Below are positions 1-9,117 of a stretch of 64,000 bases of DNA, one piece after another. The notes under the pieces are model-generated. The model was not told the DNA's origin, did not search any database, and saw only the letters and a program-made list of their open reading frames with translations. The stretch is from Candidatus Tayloriibacteriota bacterium (GTDB lineage Bacteria > Patescibacteriota > Minisyncoccia > Phycocordibacterales > PALSA-1337): positions 19,309 through 83,308 of the forward strand of contig CALRAJ010000004.1 of NCBI GenBank assembly GCA_943350765.1, in the 5' to 3' direction. The translations under genes were made by a program, and so were the position numbers. Position 1 is the stretch's first letter. Each line of letters starts with the position of its first letter.

Positions 1-11
1 AGCCAATAGGG

Positions 12-194
12 TCAAGGTGTTTTATGGGGTTTAATGTCAGCCGTCCATCCAGCTTTGCGGTCGGGTCTCCAAGTAGCAATGCCGTATACCCATGTGATAC
101 CTCGTGGATAATCACTGACATCAAAAGCACTATTATCGAAAATATAGCGTCTATCTCTTGCATAATTTTGATTATATGATACCATATCATTCAC
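12..194 (-). CDS. small hypothetical ORF (60 aa) at the window edge
   Basis: ORF track only; no recognisable motif. Confidence 0.2.
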   Translation of the reverse strand: MNDMVSYNQNYARDRRYIFDNSAFDVSDYPRGITWVYGIATWRPDRKAGWTADIKPHKTP

Positions 195-206
195 TAAGTA
201 AAAACC

Positions 207-449
207 ATGTCAAAAGTCTGTGCAATCACAAAAAGGCATTCAATAATGGGCGGTGGCTATAGCAACGCCACTCGTGCTACTCAGTACAACCCTACTGGCA
301 AAGTCCGCAAATACGCCAATCTCCAAAAGAAGCGTGTTTATATTCCCGAACTCAAAAAGACCATGGTTCTCACTCTTTCTACTCGAGCTATCAAAACCAT
401 CAACAAAAACGGAGCTTATTCTGCACTCAAAAAAGCAGGGGTGATTTAA
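207..449 (+). CDS. rpmB: 50S ribosomal protein L28
   Basis: MSKVCAITKRH...NPTGKVRKYANLQKKRVYIPE aligns with the L28 family N-terminus; 80 aa, basic. Confidence 0.85.
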   Translation: MSKVCAITKRHSIMGGGYSNATRATQYNPTGKVRKYANLQKKRVYIPELKKTMVLTLSTRAIKTINKNGAYSALKKAGVI

Positions 450-467
450 AAAATAGCATATTTAGTT

Positions 468-507
468 CACCACCAAAAACCGCCCCAAAAGGCGGTTTTT
501 GGTGGTG
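468..507 (+). terminator. rho-independent terminator hairpin after rpmB
   Basis: caccaccaaaaaccgcc-ccaaaa-ggcggtttttggtggtg perfect inverted repeat. Confidence 0.6.
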
Positions 508-510
508 ATA

Positions 511-563
511 TTTAAACGGCTAAACACGAGTGTTTAGCCGTTTAGCAAGCCTCTACAGAGCCA
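511..563. repeat. REP-like palindromic element (ggctaaac...gtttagcc core plus ctctacagagcc)
   Basis: Same element recurs at 11125-11182 and 46334-46390. Confidence 0.6.
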
Positions 564-614
564 TTTATGCTTTTTTCGATTTTGGGGTGTTTTTGTAGTT
601 CTAACACCTCTAAA

Positions 615-1472
615 TTACTCGATTTCTATACCCCTACCATCTGTCTTTGTGACTATTGTCCCACTAGTATAAGTACCTAGTATTGGTATTTTTAATTTAG
701 AAAAAGTATCCACCGTCTCCTTATGTGGGTGGCCGTATTTATTGTTTTTCCCTGCCGAAATCACCACAAAATCTGGTGAAACTGCCCTTACAAATTCCTC
801 CCCACTCGAGGTTCGTGAGCCATGGTGAGCTACCTTGAGTACTGTACTATCGAGCGACTTTTTATCTGTCAAAACCAGATGTCGCTCGGTCTTTTGGGTA
901 GTATCCCCTGTCAGCATATATGAAACATTCCCACAAACAAGTCTGGCAATAATCGACCCGTCATTGGTCGTAAAATCTGAAACATCTTGATCAGGAAAAA
1001 TGATTTCGATATACACCCCCTCATCCAAAACAATCTTCATACCTTTGCGCACCAAAGTTTTGGTCGCTCGCTCAAGTATCACATCATTTTCAAATTGTTT
1101 ATATGTTGCAGATGGCGAATATGTCCCAGGCTCCACCACCTGCCGTACTTCATAGTTTTTTAACACATCAATAAATCCAGCGTAATGATCTGTGTCGGGA
1201 TTGGTTACTACTAGCATGTCTATAGAGCGGTCGTAAAAAGGCATCACTTTTGAAAGTTCCCGTAAAACGGCTCGATCTGGACCACCGTCTACTATCACCT
1301 GATTACCGTTTGGCGCTTCTATATATATTGCATCACCCTGCCCTACATCCAGAAAATCGACCTTCAGTACTCCACTGCGATCTTCGTGAATGACAGCATA
1401 CCAAATAAAAATGTTACCTACACACAACAGGATGGCGATCAATACCAGTGGTTTTTTCAAAAATAAATGCAT
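615..1472 (-). CDS. comEC: ComEC/Rec2-related metallo-beta-lactamase domain protein (C-terminal module of ComEC as a separate gene)
   Basis: LDVGQGDAIYIE, DTDHYAGF and VAHHGSRTS motifs typical of the ComEC MBL domain; N-terminal TM helix. Confidence 0.75.
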   Translation of the reverse strand: MHLFLKKPLVLIAILLCVGNIFIWYAVIHEDRSGVLKVDFLDVGQGDAIYIEAPNGNQVIVDGGPDRAVLRELSKVMPFYDRSIDMLVVTNPDTDHYAGFIDVLKNYEVRQVVEPGTYSPSATYKQFENDVILERATKTLVRKGMKIVLDEGVYIEIIFPDQDVSDFTTNDGSIIARLVCGNVSYMLTGDTTQKTERHLVLTDKKSLDSTVLKVAHHGSRTSSGEEFVRAVSPDFVVISAGKNNKYGHPHKETVDTFSKLKIPILGTYTSGTIVTKTDGRGIEIE

Positions 1473-1550
1473 CTATTTTAGTCTAACATACATAGTTTTA
1501 AATCCTATGCTATAATTTATTATATTAGTAATATCCAAACTCAACCCACC

Positions 1551-2147
1551 ATGAACCAATTTATCGAAACAAAATTTGATATTCCAACACTCAAGGGTAT
1601 TTCTGCAAAAACCGTGGTGGAGCATCTAAAGCTCTACTCTGGTTATGTAAAAAATAGTAATTTAATCTTAGAAAAAATCGACGAGCTAGCAAAGGAAGCC
1701 GACAAAAATGCTTACCTACTCGGAGAGCTTCAGCGTCGTTTTGGATTTGAGTTTGATGGTATGCGAAATCACGAATATTATTTCAAAAGTTTTGAAGGTG
1801 GGTCAAAAAGTTTACCCGAGAACAGTCTGCTGAAAAAAGCTGTCGAAAGTGAGTTTGGCTCATGGGATCTCTGGCTCGCCCGTTTCAAATCAATCACCCT
1901 CACTCGTGGTGTCGGCTGGGCAATACTTTACTACGACAAACAGACCAACCGCCTCCTAAACGCATGGGTTGATGAACAACACCTAGGACACCTTACCGGA
2001 CTACCACCCATACTTACACTCGATATGTGGGAACACTCTTTTGTTGCCGACTATCAGCCTTCAGGGAAAAAGCAATATGTTGAGGATTTTTTTGCAAATA
2101 TAAATTGGGAAGTGATTGAAAAGAATTTTGTAGAAGCAAAAAAATAA
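1551..2147 (+). CDS. sod: Fe/Mn superoxide dismutase family protein
   Basis: C-terminal LDMWEHSFVADYQ...NWEVIEKNF aligns with SodA/SodB DVWEHAYYIDY...NWEFVAKN; the NH and EH metal-ligand positions are present. Confidence 0.75.
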   Translation: MNQFIETKFDIPTLKGISAKTVVEHLKLYSGYVKNSNLILEKIDELAKEADKNAYLLGELQRRFGFEFDGMRNHEYYFKSFEGGSKSLPENSLLKKAVESEFGSWDLWLARFKSITLTRGVGWAILYYDKQTNRLLNAWVDEQHLGHLTGLPPILTLDMWEHSFVADYQPSGKKQYVEDFFANINWEVIEKNFVEAKK

Positions 2148-2158
2148 ATTATGGTAGA

Positions 2159-3709
2159 TCACTTTTTAGAAAAATGGTGGTCAAACTTTGTTGTAGTCAT
2201 ACGACTACTGCTCGCCAATTGGGATTGGCGGATGTAAACGACGACAAAAAATAATGCGTAAATGCAAACCAGTCCAAAAAATGAAATGCTCGGCATAGAC
2301 ACCGAAGCAAAAGGAAATGATGCCACTAGAGTGACTAGCGACACCTGATACCAAAGTAGTGAGTACGCAATACCTGCAAAAGGTAAAGCGAGATATGTAC
2401 CGATAAAAGCCATTAACCCTGCAATAAAGCCAAAAAGCATGGTTGCGGGAATGGTTGGTAAAATAAGTAGGTTTATGGGCAGTGCCACGAGAGAAAGTTG
2501 TCCTGTATTATATAGTAAAAGTGGAAGCACAAAAATCTGTGTCGCGAGCGTAGCTGAAACAATATCCCTTAGACCAAATCTTTCGGTAACCCAGGCTAGT
2601 CTATTTTTGATAATTGGTGACAGAGTAACAAGCCCTAGCGTTGCCATAAACGAAAGCTGAAATGACGGGTCAAAAACCAGAATAGCTGGGTTATGGAGCA
2701 CCATCAAAAATCCTGCTACAAAAAGCGCTCTGGTGATGTCGTATGTCCGTCCTGTTGCCGAAGCGACTATTACGAGAAGTGCCATGATACTTGCCCTCAC
2801 CACCGTGGCGCTTCCACCAGTCATGAGCGCAAAAAGAATAATACTTACAACACCCAAGGACATTCCAAAAAACTTCGGTAAAAAAGAAAATGCTTTCATG
2901 ATAGCGTCGCCGACCACTGTGATGTTGTAGCCCGAAAGTACGACAATGTGAATAATTCCCACCCGACGAAAATCGTCGAGCAGTTCTTTGCCCAAGGACT
3001 GTTTACCTCCCAACAAGAGTCCGCTCAAAAACGACCCATACGGCTCGGGAATAATTTTTGTAATTTTACCTATAAAACTATTTTTAAATGCAAAAAGCTT
3101 TGTTTGAATAAAACTACCATTGTTTGCCGAGATAAATCCTGTTTTTGGTCGCTCTATTAAATAATAAATACCGTCCTTTGCCAGATAGGCTGGGTAGTCA
3201 AACTGCCGACCATTATCGGTATCGAATTTTTTAGGTTTTTGTAGCTTCCCCACAATAATCATCTTGTCCCCATAAGCAAATCGAGGATAAAGTGCTGTTG
3301 TGATAAGTAACCTAGTGCCTTGAGATACTACCGTCAGCCGTGCCTCCTTCTCTCGAATATCTGGCTCAGCATCAATAATACCTGTTATAGAAATAATATT
3401 ATCCAGATGTCTATCGAGGTTCGATGACGCAGAAATCTGATTATTCATCGTCATACGAAAAATACCTGCACCAAAAGAACCCAGTAGAAGCGCTGCAAAA
3501 AGAATACTTGTCAGAGTTTTTGGCAAAGTATCTTTACCAAAACCAAGGGTGAAAGCATTTTTTTGTAATACTAGATAATAAGCAAAAAGTGCACCGGCGA
3601 TCACTATACAAAGTAGTGCGATATGGACACCAAGAGTCGTGACAGACCCTAGACCTACTCCAGAGAAAAATCCAGCAAGTACGATGTATATAAAAATAGA
3701 TTGAGTCAT
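2159..3709 (-). CDS. comEC: ComEC/Rec2 competence-channel membrane protein (transmembrane competence domain only)
   Basis: Polytopic; LLGGKQSLGKELLDDFRRVGIIHIVVLSGYNITVV matches the ComEC competence-domain signature. Confidence 0.75.
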   Translation of the reverse strand: MTQSIFIYIVLAGFFSGVGLGSVTTLGVHIALLCIVIAGALFAYYLVLQKNAFTLGFGKDTLPKTLTSILFAALLLGSFGAGIFRMTMNNQISASSNLDRHLDNIISITGIIDAEPDIREKEARLTVVSQGTRLLITTALYPRFAYGDKMIIVGKLQKPKKFDTDNGRQFDYPAYLAKDGIYYLIERPKTGFISANNGSFIQTKLFAFKNSFIGKITKIIPEPYGSFLSGLLLGGKQSLGKELLDDFRRVGIIHIVVLSGYNITVVGDAIMKAFSFLPKFFGMSLGVVSIILFALMTGGSATVVRASIMALLVIVASATGRTYDITRALFVAGFLMVLHNPAILVFDPSFQLSFMATLGLVTLSPIIKNRLAWVTERFGLRDIVSATLATQIFVLPLLLYNTGQLSLVALPINLLILPTIPATMLFGFIAGLMAFIGTYLALPFAGIAYSLLWYQVSLVTLVASFPFASVSMPSISFFGLVCIYALFFVVVYIRQSQLASSSRMTTTKFDHHFSKK

Positions 3710-3760
3710 CGTGTTTTCGAATTATAAAACTTTAAAAAAAGTTTTATAATTTGAAGGTTT

Positions 3761-4516
3761 TTAAAGTGCTACACCCCAATCTTTCAAAATAGCTGACTCG
3801 TCCTCTACCGAAAACGACTTTTTGTACCTTGCATCACTCACACCCTTTACTCTTTTTTCACAATCAGGCCAGCTCGCATGCCTAATCGCAATACCGCCTA
3901 CCACAGACAAGTACGAGTAGGCTTTTTTACCTTTTTGAGTTTTTATACCTATCTTGGGCCTATCCCCTTCTGTACGCACTGCGTGAGTATATTTTAAGAT
4001 ATCTTTTACAAGTGGATATTTTTCTAAAGTCCCATTATAAAGAGTTGGCGGTATGTTGTCTGCAAAGCTTGTTGCAATCTCATCGCATCTTTCATTACCT
4101 ACCACACCTTGATGACCATCCACTCGGTGCCAAGATATTTTTTTACCATCTGATGCTACGAGTAATGCTTTCCACAAATCTTGGTTTGCTACAGGTTTTT
4201 TATCTGATGTTATCCATTTTTTCTTTTGCCATGCAAATACCCAGCTTGTCATACCGTCCAAAACATATTTTGAGTCAGTAACGATCGTACACTCTGTACC
4301 TGCCGATATAGATTTTAAAGCTTCAAGTACCGCCATCAACTCCATTCTATTGTTTGTAGTCTGTATTTCTCGACTACCCAATTCTCTAACCATAAATTTA
4401 GAACTTTTATTTTCACTAGTTTGATCAGGTAAAATAATTATAGTACCCCAGCCCCCTCTACCAGGATTACCTCTGGATGAACCGTCAGTAAAAATTAAAA
4501 TATCTTTTTGTTGCAT
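3761..4516 (-). CDS. rnhA: ribonuclease HI with a ~95-aa C-terminal extension
   Basis: TDGSSRGNPGRGGWG...ELMAVLEALK...TDSKYV...WHRVDGHQGVVGNERCDEIA matches the RNase H catalytic core. Confidence 0.85.
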   Translation of the reverse strand: MQQKDILIFTDGSSRGNPGRGGWGTIIILPDQTSENKSSKFMVRELGSREIQTTNNRMELMAVLEALKSISAGTECTIVTDSKYVLDGMTSWVFAWQKKKWITSDKKPVANQDLWKALLVASDGKKISWHRVDGHQGVVGNERCDEIATSFADNIPPTLYNGTLEKYPLVKDILKYTHAVRTEGDRPKIGIKTQKGKKAYSYLSVVGGIAIRHASWPDCEKRVKGVSDARYKKSFSVEDESAILKDWGVAL

Positions 4517-4925
4517 ATTATAATAATAGCACGGCGAATGATTAAAATGTACAAAAATAGTATTCTGTAACCAAAATTACAAAAATCCCCCGAAGCCTAC
4601 AAGCTAGGTCGGGGGGAATGTTATGTCAGACAGGTTGTCTCTTGTCCTACAAAAAGTATGTAGACCTAGAGGTTGCGTTTATTCTTGACGGAACAAAAAC
4701 AAATCTCATATCTCAAAAAACAACAAGGTAAAGTCGGCATTCAAACTTTACAATGGCCATACAATCCCGAGATTGGCGCATACTAACTCGATCGGAAAGG
4801 TCTTGCTCGCGGTGGGTGAGAAGTACTGTTAACCCGTCAACCTGCCAAGAATACAGGCAGACAACCGCATGAAGATGTGAAAAATAATTGTCAGTATAAA
4901 TCATTATTTCTGACTTACCCAAAGC

Positions 4926-4954
4926 TACTATAGTAAATATAGTACATTTTGTCA
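4926..4954 (-). promoter_or_regulatory. sigma70-like promoter (TTGACA-N17-TATAGT) reading into the 4517-4925 non-coding region
   Basis: Consensus -35 and near-consensus -10 with a 17-nt spacer on the minus strand. Confidence 0.45.
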
Positions 4955-5008
4955 AGCATATAAAATAATGACTGTAATACTAAAGTTAATAATGACTAGG
5001 GTGCTGAA

Positions 5009-6811
5009 TTATTTATTCCTCAATACATCGACCACCCTAAGACGAAGCTCTGGAAAGTTTCTAAAATGAGACTTTTCAAAAGTGGCGACTAGATCAATAA
5101 ACTCTCCAGAAACAAGTTCCTTCCCCCAAGTATCCGCTGTCATAAAAAACCCGATCGCCTTTACCGATTTTCCTGTACTATTTTCAAAACCTATTTCTAG
5201 ATGATTTTTTTGTTTACCGAATACTTTAATATTCTTAATCAAAACATTTTTAAATATAAAAAGCGGTTTTGGATTACCTGTACCAAAAGGTGCGAGCTTT
5301 TCTACTTCTCGATAAGTGGTCCACGAGACATGGTCGATTTCTAGCTCTGCATCTACAGCGATTATTTCTGACTTATCACTCTGCTTTATCTGAGAAAGTC
5401 CAGCCAGAAGTGACTCCTCGAGTAGATGAACTTTCTCTTGTGCAAATGAAAAACCCGCCGCAAATGCATGGCCCCCAAATTGTAAAAATGTCCCCACTGG
5501 AGTTGCGTGCATCAGATCGAGCATGTGCATCGAACCATACGAGCGACATGAACCCTTGAGTATCCCCTCAGCCTCGGCTTCACGACCCCAAAGAAAAACT
5601 GGACAGGAAAATGCTTCGACGATATTTGAAGCGATAAGTCCGAGTAATGCGGGTCTCCAATCTGGGTTACCCATCACAATGAGTTTTGGGGACACCTCGT
5701 CTCCATACCGCTGTGAAACATGTTTTTTAATATCCTTGACCATGCCCGCCACCACACCTTTACGCTCAGTATTTTTAGCATCGAGATGTGTCGCAAGTGC
5801 ACCAGCTTCTGTGAGATCGGTAGTCGCAAAAAGCTTAAAGGCATCATACGGTATACCCATGCGTGACGCCGCATTGATGCGTGGAGCAATCATAAAACCA
5901 ATATCATCTTCACTCACATATCGCTGATCTATTTTTGTTACATTCAAAAGAGCTTGCAGTCCTACGCGTGGAGATTTTCTTAACACGGCCAGTCCGTAAT
6001 ACGCTAAAGCACGATTTTCTCCGACTAGCGGAACCATGTCAGAAAGAGTCGCGATGCCCGCCATATCAAGCAACCATTTTTCCCACCCCATAGGAATTGG
6101 AGAAATTGTTGTGTGTCGAAAGTCAAAAGTCGAAAGGCTCAACGCTAGCGCCTGCACAACTTTAAAAATCACCCCTGATCCGCACAACATCTTTTCTGGA
6201 TACTGACAATCAGTCTGTTTTGGATTGATTATTACAAGTGCAGATGGTGCGGGTGTCGGCACGAGATGATGGTCGGTAATAATTACATTGATACCGAGAT
6301 CTTCCGCGCAGGCTGTCGCCACCACATCAGCGATGCCACAGTCGATCGTGATCACGAGCTTCACCCCATTTTTTGCAAACTCCTTTACCGCTTCTTTATG
6401 AAAACCAAATCCCTCCTCGTGACGATGTGGAATATAATTTTCAAAGTTTTGATAGCCAATCTTTTTAAAAAAGTCATGGAGTATCACTGCACCAGGGACA
6501 CCATCATGATCGTAATCACTATATATAATTATCTTTTCTTTTTCGTCAATCGCTTTTAAGATTCTCTCCACCGCTTTTTTCATATCCTTGAGTAGAAAAG
6601 GATCGTGCATATCTCGAATATAGTCAGGCTTTAAAAATATATCTGCTTGCTCGCGTGTTGTAACACCTCTAGCAAGCAAAAGGTCGATGAGAAGCGGGTG
6701 AAACTCTGCCAAAGGTTTCTTGGCTTTTTCGGTATATTTTTCTCGTACAGAGTAATGTTTCATGAGATTAGTGTAGCACATTCGCCTTGCTAGGCTCAGT
6801 ACTCCCAACAC
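5009..6811 (-). CDS. recJ: single-stranded-DNA-specific exonuclease RecJ
   Basis: DHH motifs (IIIYSDYDHDGVPG, ITDHH) and DHHA1 region; the true start may be the internal MKHYSV. Confidence 0.85.
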   Translation of the reverse strand: MLGVLSLARRMCYTNLMKHYSVREKYTEKAKKPLAEFHPLLIDLLLARGVTTREQADIFLKPDYIRDMHDPFLLKDMKKAVERILKAIDEKEKIIIYSDYDHDGVPGAVILHDFFKKIGYQNFENYIPHRHEEGFGFHKEAVKEFAKNGVKLVITIDCGIADVVATACAEDLGINVIITDHHLVPTPAPSALVIINPKQTDCQYPEKMLCGSGVIFKVVQALALSLSTFDFRHTTISPIPMGWEKWLLDMAGIATLSDMVPLVGENRALAYYGLAVLRKSPRVGLQALLNVTKIDQRYVSEDDIGFMIAPRINAASRMGIPYDAFKLFATTDLTEAGALATHLDAKNTERKGVVAGMVKDIKKHVSQRYGDEVSPKLIVMGNPDWRPALLGLIASNIVEAFSCPVFLWGREAEAEGILKGSCRSYGSMHMLDLMHATPVGTFLQFGGHAFAAGFSFAQEKVHLLEESLLAGLSQIKQSDKSEIIAVDAELEIDHVSWTTYREVEKLAPFGTGNPKPLFIFKNVLIKNIKVFGKQKNHLEIGFENSTGKSVKAIGFFMTADTWGKELVSGEFIDLVATFEKSHFRNFPELRLRVVDVLRNK

Positions 6812-6883
6812 CTTCGTGTTTCCTGCACATTCGCCTTGCTAGGCTCAGTATGTCCGCCACCGGCATGGCTCCTACACATTCGC
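6777..6883. repeat. tandem 49-bp repeat, 2.2 copies (25-bp core cacattcgccttgctaggctcagta)
   Basis: Direct repeats at 6777-6801 and 6826-6850, plus a partial copy at 6875-6883; a related copy lies at 25127-25172. Confidence 0.6.
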
Positions 6884-6896
6884 TTTTTACATATAA

Positions 6897-6925
6897 TTGA
6901 GAAACATTTAAAACCAAGTTATACT
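6897..6925 (+). promoter_or_regulatory. promoter for the HIT gene (TTGAGA-N17-TATACT)
   Basis: Sequence motif only. Confidence 0.4.
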
Positions 6926-6931
6926 ACGGCT

Positions 6932-7336
6932 ATGGAAAGTTGTATTTTCTGCAAAATTATTGCGAGACAAATCCCAGCCGAGATCATCTACGAAGATGAA
7001 ACTGTTCTCGCGTTTCTTGATATCCACCCGACTAAACCCGGGCATACATTGATCATTCCAAAAGCACATCATAAAATGATGATCGATACTCCAGAAAATA
7101 TTGTTGCTGATGTGTTTGTAAAAGCCAAGAGACTGATGACCCCACTCAAACAATCTCTCAGTGCAGACTATGTCGCACTTTCAGTCGTCGGTGTCGATGT
7201 CCCACATTTTCATGTCCACCTCATCCCTCGAGGCACCTTAGACGGCCTCGCAGACTTCTGGCTAAGAAAAAAATACCCCGAAGGTGAAATGCAAAAAGTG
7301 GGAAAAAAGATTCGAGAAAAGATTGGTAAAAAATAA
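6932..7336 (+). CDS. HIT-family (histidine triad) nucleotide hydrolase
   Basis: CIFCKII...HFHVHLIPR histidine-triad motif; start moved to MESCIFC because the upstream part of the track ORF overlaps the repeats. Confidence 0.8.
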   Translation: MESCIFCKIIARQIPAEIIYEDETVLAFLDIHPTKPGHTLIIPKAHHKMMIDTPENIVADVFVKAKRLMTPLKQSLSADYVALSVVGVDVPHFHVHLIPRGTLDGLADFWLRKKYPEGEMQKVGKKIREKIGKK

Positions 7337-7370
7337 AAACCGCTTGAAAAACCAAGCGGGTAAAGTACTA

Positions 7371-7853
7371 CTACTTCTTGTAATAAGTGATCTTGCCTTT
7401 TACAGCAGGGTCAAACACGATCAAATGATCACCCAGACAAAAGTCTCCCTTTTTTGTGAGAAGTTTACCCAATTCGGGGGTAAACCTGATATGAAGATTT
7501 ATACCGTCATAACCACCGATAGTAACAACCTTGCCCTTGAATGGTGACACCTTGTGGAAATGAGGAAATGCTTGGTGACCAAAAAGTGAGGCCAGAAACT
7601 TTGCCCATGTTGTCTTTTTAGAATCCCGCAATTCCATCAGCCATTTTCGTGCCATGGTTCCAGTCATCTCTGTAGCCAGTTGAGCCACGGCAACAACTCT
7701 TTTTTCCTTACTTGGGTGACAGAGATACTCAAGTATGGATGTGAGCCGAACATTACGAGCTTTCGCTCTTTCCAGATCCTCCGCCCTCCTTCTTTTGAAT
7801 TCTGCTTGTTCCTGACGATCCTCCCTCAAACTATCTGACGCTGCATCGCTCAT
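7371..7853 (-). CDS. hypothetical protein (GC-rich islet)
   Basis: 160-aa ORF; codon composition differs from its neighbours. Confidence 0.45.
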   Translation of the reverse strand: MSDAASDSLREDRQEQAEFKRRRAEDLERAKARNVRLTSILEYLCHPSKEKRVVAVAQLATEMTGTMARKWLMELRDSKKTTWAKFLASLFGHQAFPHFHKVSPFKGKVVTIGGYDGINLHIRFTPELGKLLTKKGDFCLGDHLIVFDPAVKGKITYYKK

Positions 7854-8184
7854 AGATAACCTTTTTGTTAAGTTGCACTAAACTATTCTGACTATACTCT
7901 TTTAAATTTAAAAATCAAGCATTCTAAAAACATGTGTTTATAGACTTTTCAGTAAAATAAATAATTCTATCAAGAAAAACCTTAGTTAAAAAAGCTTTAA
8001 TACTTTCAAATTTAATCGGCCAACTAGAATTATATTGTTCTACTGTATATTTCATTTTTATTTACCCGACCCAAAGAGTATGGATTTGAAGTTTCTAACA
8101 GTATATCAAAAATACAAAAAAGAAAACCCCGAGCGAACTCGGAGTTTGTGTGAAAGACAAAAGTCGAAGGGTCTGGGGTCAGTG

Positions 8185-8910
8185 TTAAGTGACCGGAACC
8201 GAGGACTTGCGAAAGAGGAACCAGTCGTTGCCGCTGACGAAACATTTCAACCTGTCCATACTGGCTTCACGAACCCTGCCGTACCAACACACAGAGCAGG
8301 CCTGCTGCTGACGCTCGAAGGTACACTCGTCAGTAGCAACCAAATACATCTGGTCTTGACCGACGATCTGGTAAAGGTTTGAATGCTTTTTTGCAACCGC
8401 AAAAACCTCGCGTGGGGCAGTGTTCTCAAGCCTTTGGCTCTTTGCCCAATCCAGTGCCAATTGCCATGAACCATCAGCGTCTGGAAAGTTGAGAGCGATG
8501 TAATGGCCCATCATTTCACCTTTCCCTGTCGGCGGGTAGAGGTAACTGACTTTGTGGACATCGAAGTTGGCAGGAGTATTGGGGCCAGCAGATTCCACTG
8601 CATTGCCCCAAGGTTCGTCGAGGATGACCTCGGTGTTGGGGAGGATATGGAAACGGGCACCCGGGGGTGGCAGGATCATGTCAAACCTTAGGGTATCGAG
8701 TAGATAAGCTGCACCTCGAGGCCCCTTTGTATCAAGCCACCTCTGAAACTGACCTACAGTGACACCTTTTGCTCTGGCCATGTCACGAACTGAATCTGTT
8801 TGACCATCGGTAACAAGCTTTTCACTCATAACGATTTTCCTTAGTGTTGTAGCCCACCTAAAGCGACGAATATCTCGCCACCAAAAGCAGACGGTTTTAC
8901 TTGCTGTCAA
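8185..8910 (-). CDS. hypothetical protein (GC-rich islet; probable start at MSEKLV)
   Basis: 241-aa ORF noticeably GC-richer than the genome; rho-independent terminator (ccgagttcgctcgg plus a T-tract) immediately downstream at about 8120-8150. Confidence 0.5.
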   Translation of the reverse strand: MTASKTVCFWWRDIRRFRWATTLRKIVMSEKLVTDGQTDSVRDMARAKGVTVGQFQRWLDTKGPRGAAYLLDTLRFDMILPPPGARFHILPNTEVILDEPWGNAVESAGPNTPANFDVHKVSYLYPPTGKGEMMGHYIALNFPDADGSWQLALDWAKSQRLENTAPREVFAVAKKHSNLYQIVGQDQMYLVATDECTFERQQQACSVCWYGRVREASMDRLKCFVSGNDWFLFRKSSVPVT

Positions 8911-8921
8911 TTTGACCCATT

Positions 8922-8980
8922 GGTTTCATCACAGCAGAAAATAGACTAGTGTATAAGCTACTTTCTGCTGTGATGAGGTT
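8922..8980. promoter_or_regulatory. perfect ~17-bp inverted repeat (tttcatcacagcagaaa ... tttctgctgtgatgaaa) with a 25-bp AT-rich spacer; candidate operator
   Basis: Seen directly; sits in the upstream region of the 8185-8910 gene. Confidence 0.35.
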
Positions 8981-9117
8981 TATAATTCCAATGTAGATTT
9001 ACCTTTGAATCCGAACACCCTACCCCCTATTATACACCCATATAAATCACTTGTCAAGTGCCGGAGTAGAGGGGACATTGTTTAGATTGGTAATACGTAC
9101 CAGATTACCCCAATACA

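Noticed and set aside
4713-4955. 80-aa ORF inside the recJ-rnhA spacer
   Set aside because: It overlaps the predicted promoter and candidate ncRNA and has no homology features.
4517-5008. Specific assignment of this region to RNase P RNA, tmRNA or SRP RNA
   Set aside because: I could not find the universally conserved P4 (AGGAAAGUCCGGGCUCC / ACAGAACCCGGCUUA), the tmRNA tRNA-like ends, or the SRP domain IV motif convincingly by eye. It is left as an unassigned ncRNA candidate.
6777-6883. CRISPR array
   Set aside because: There are only 2.2 repeats, the spacers are similar to each other and to a copy at 25127-25172, and no cas genes are present. It is interpreted as a tandem duplicated promoter-region repeat.
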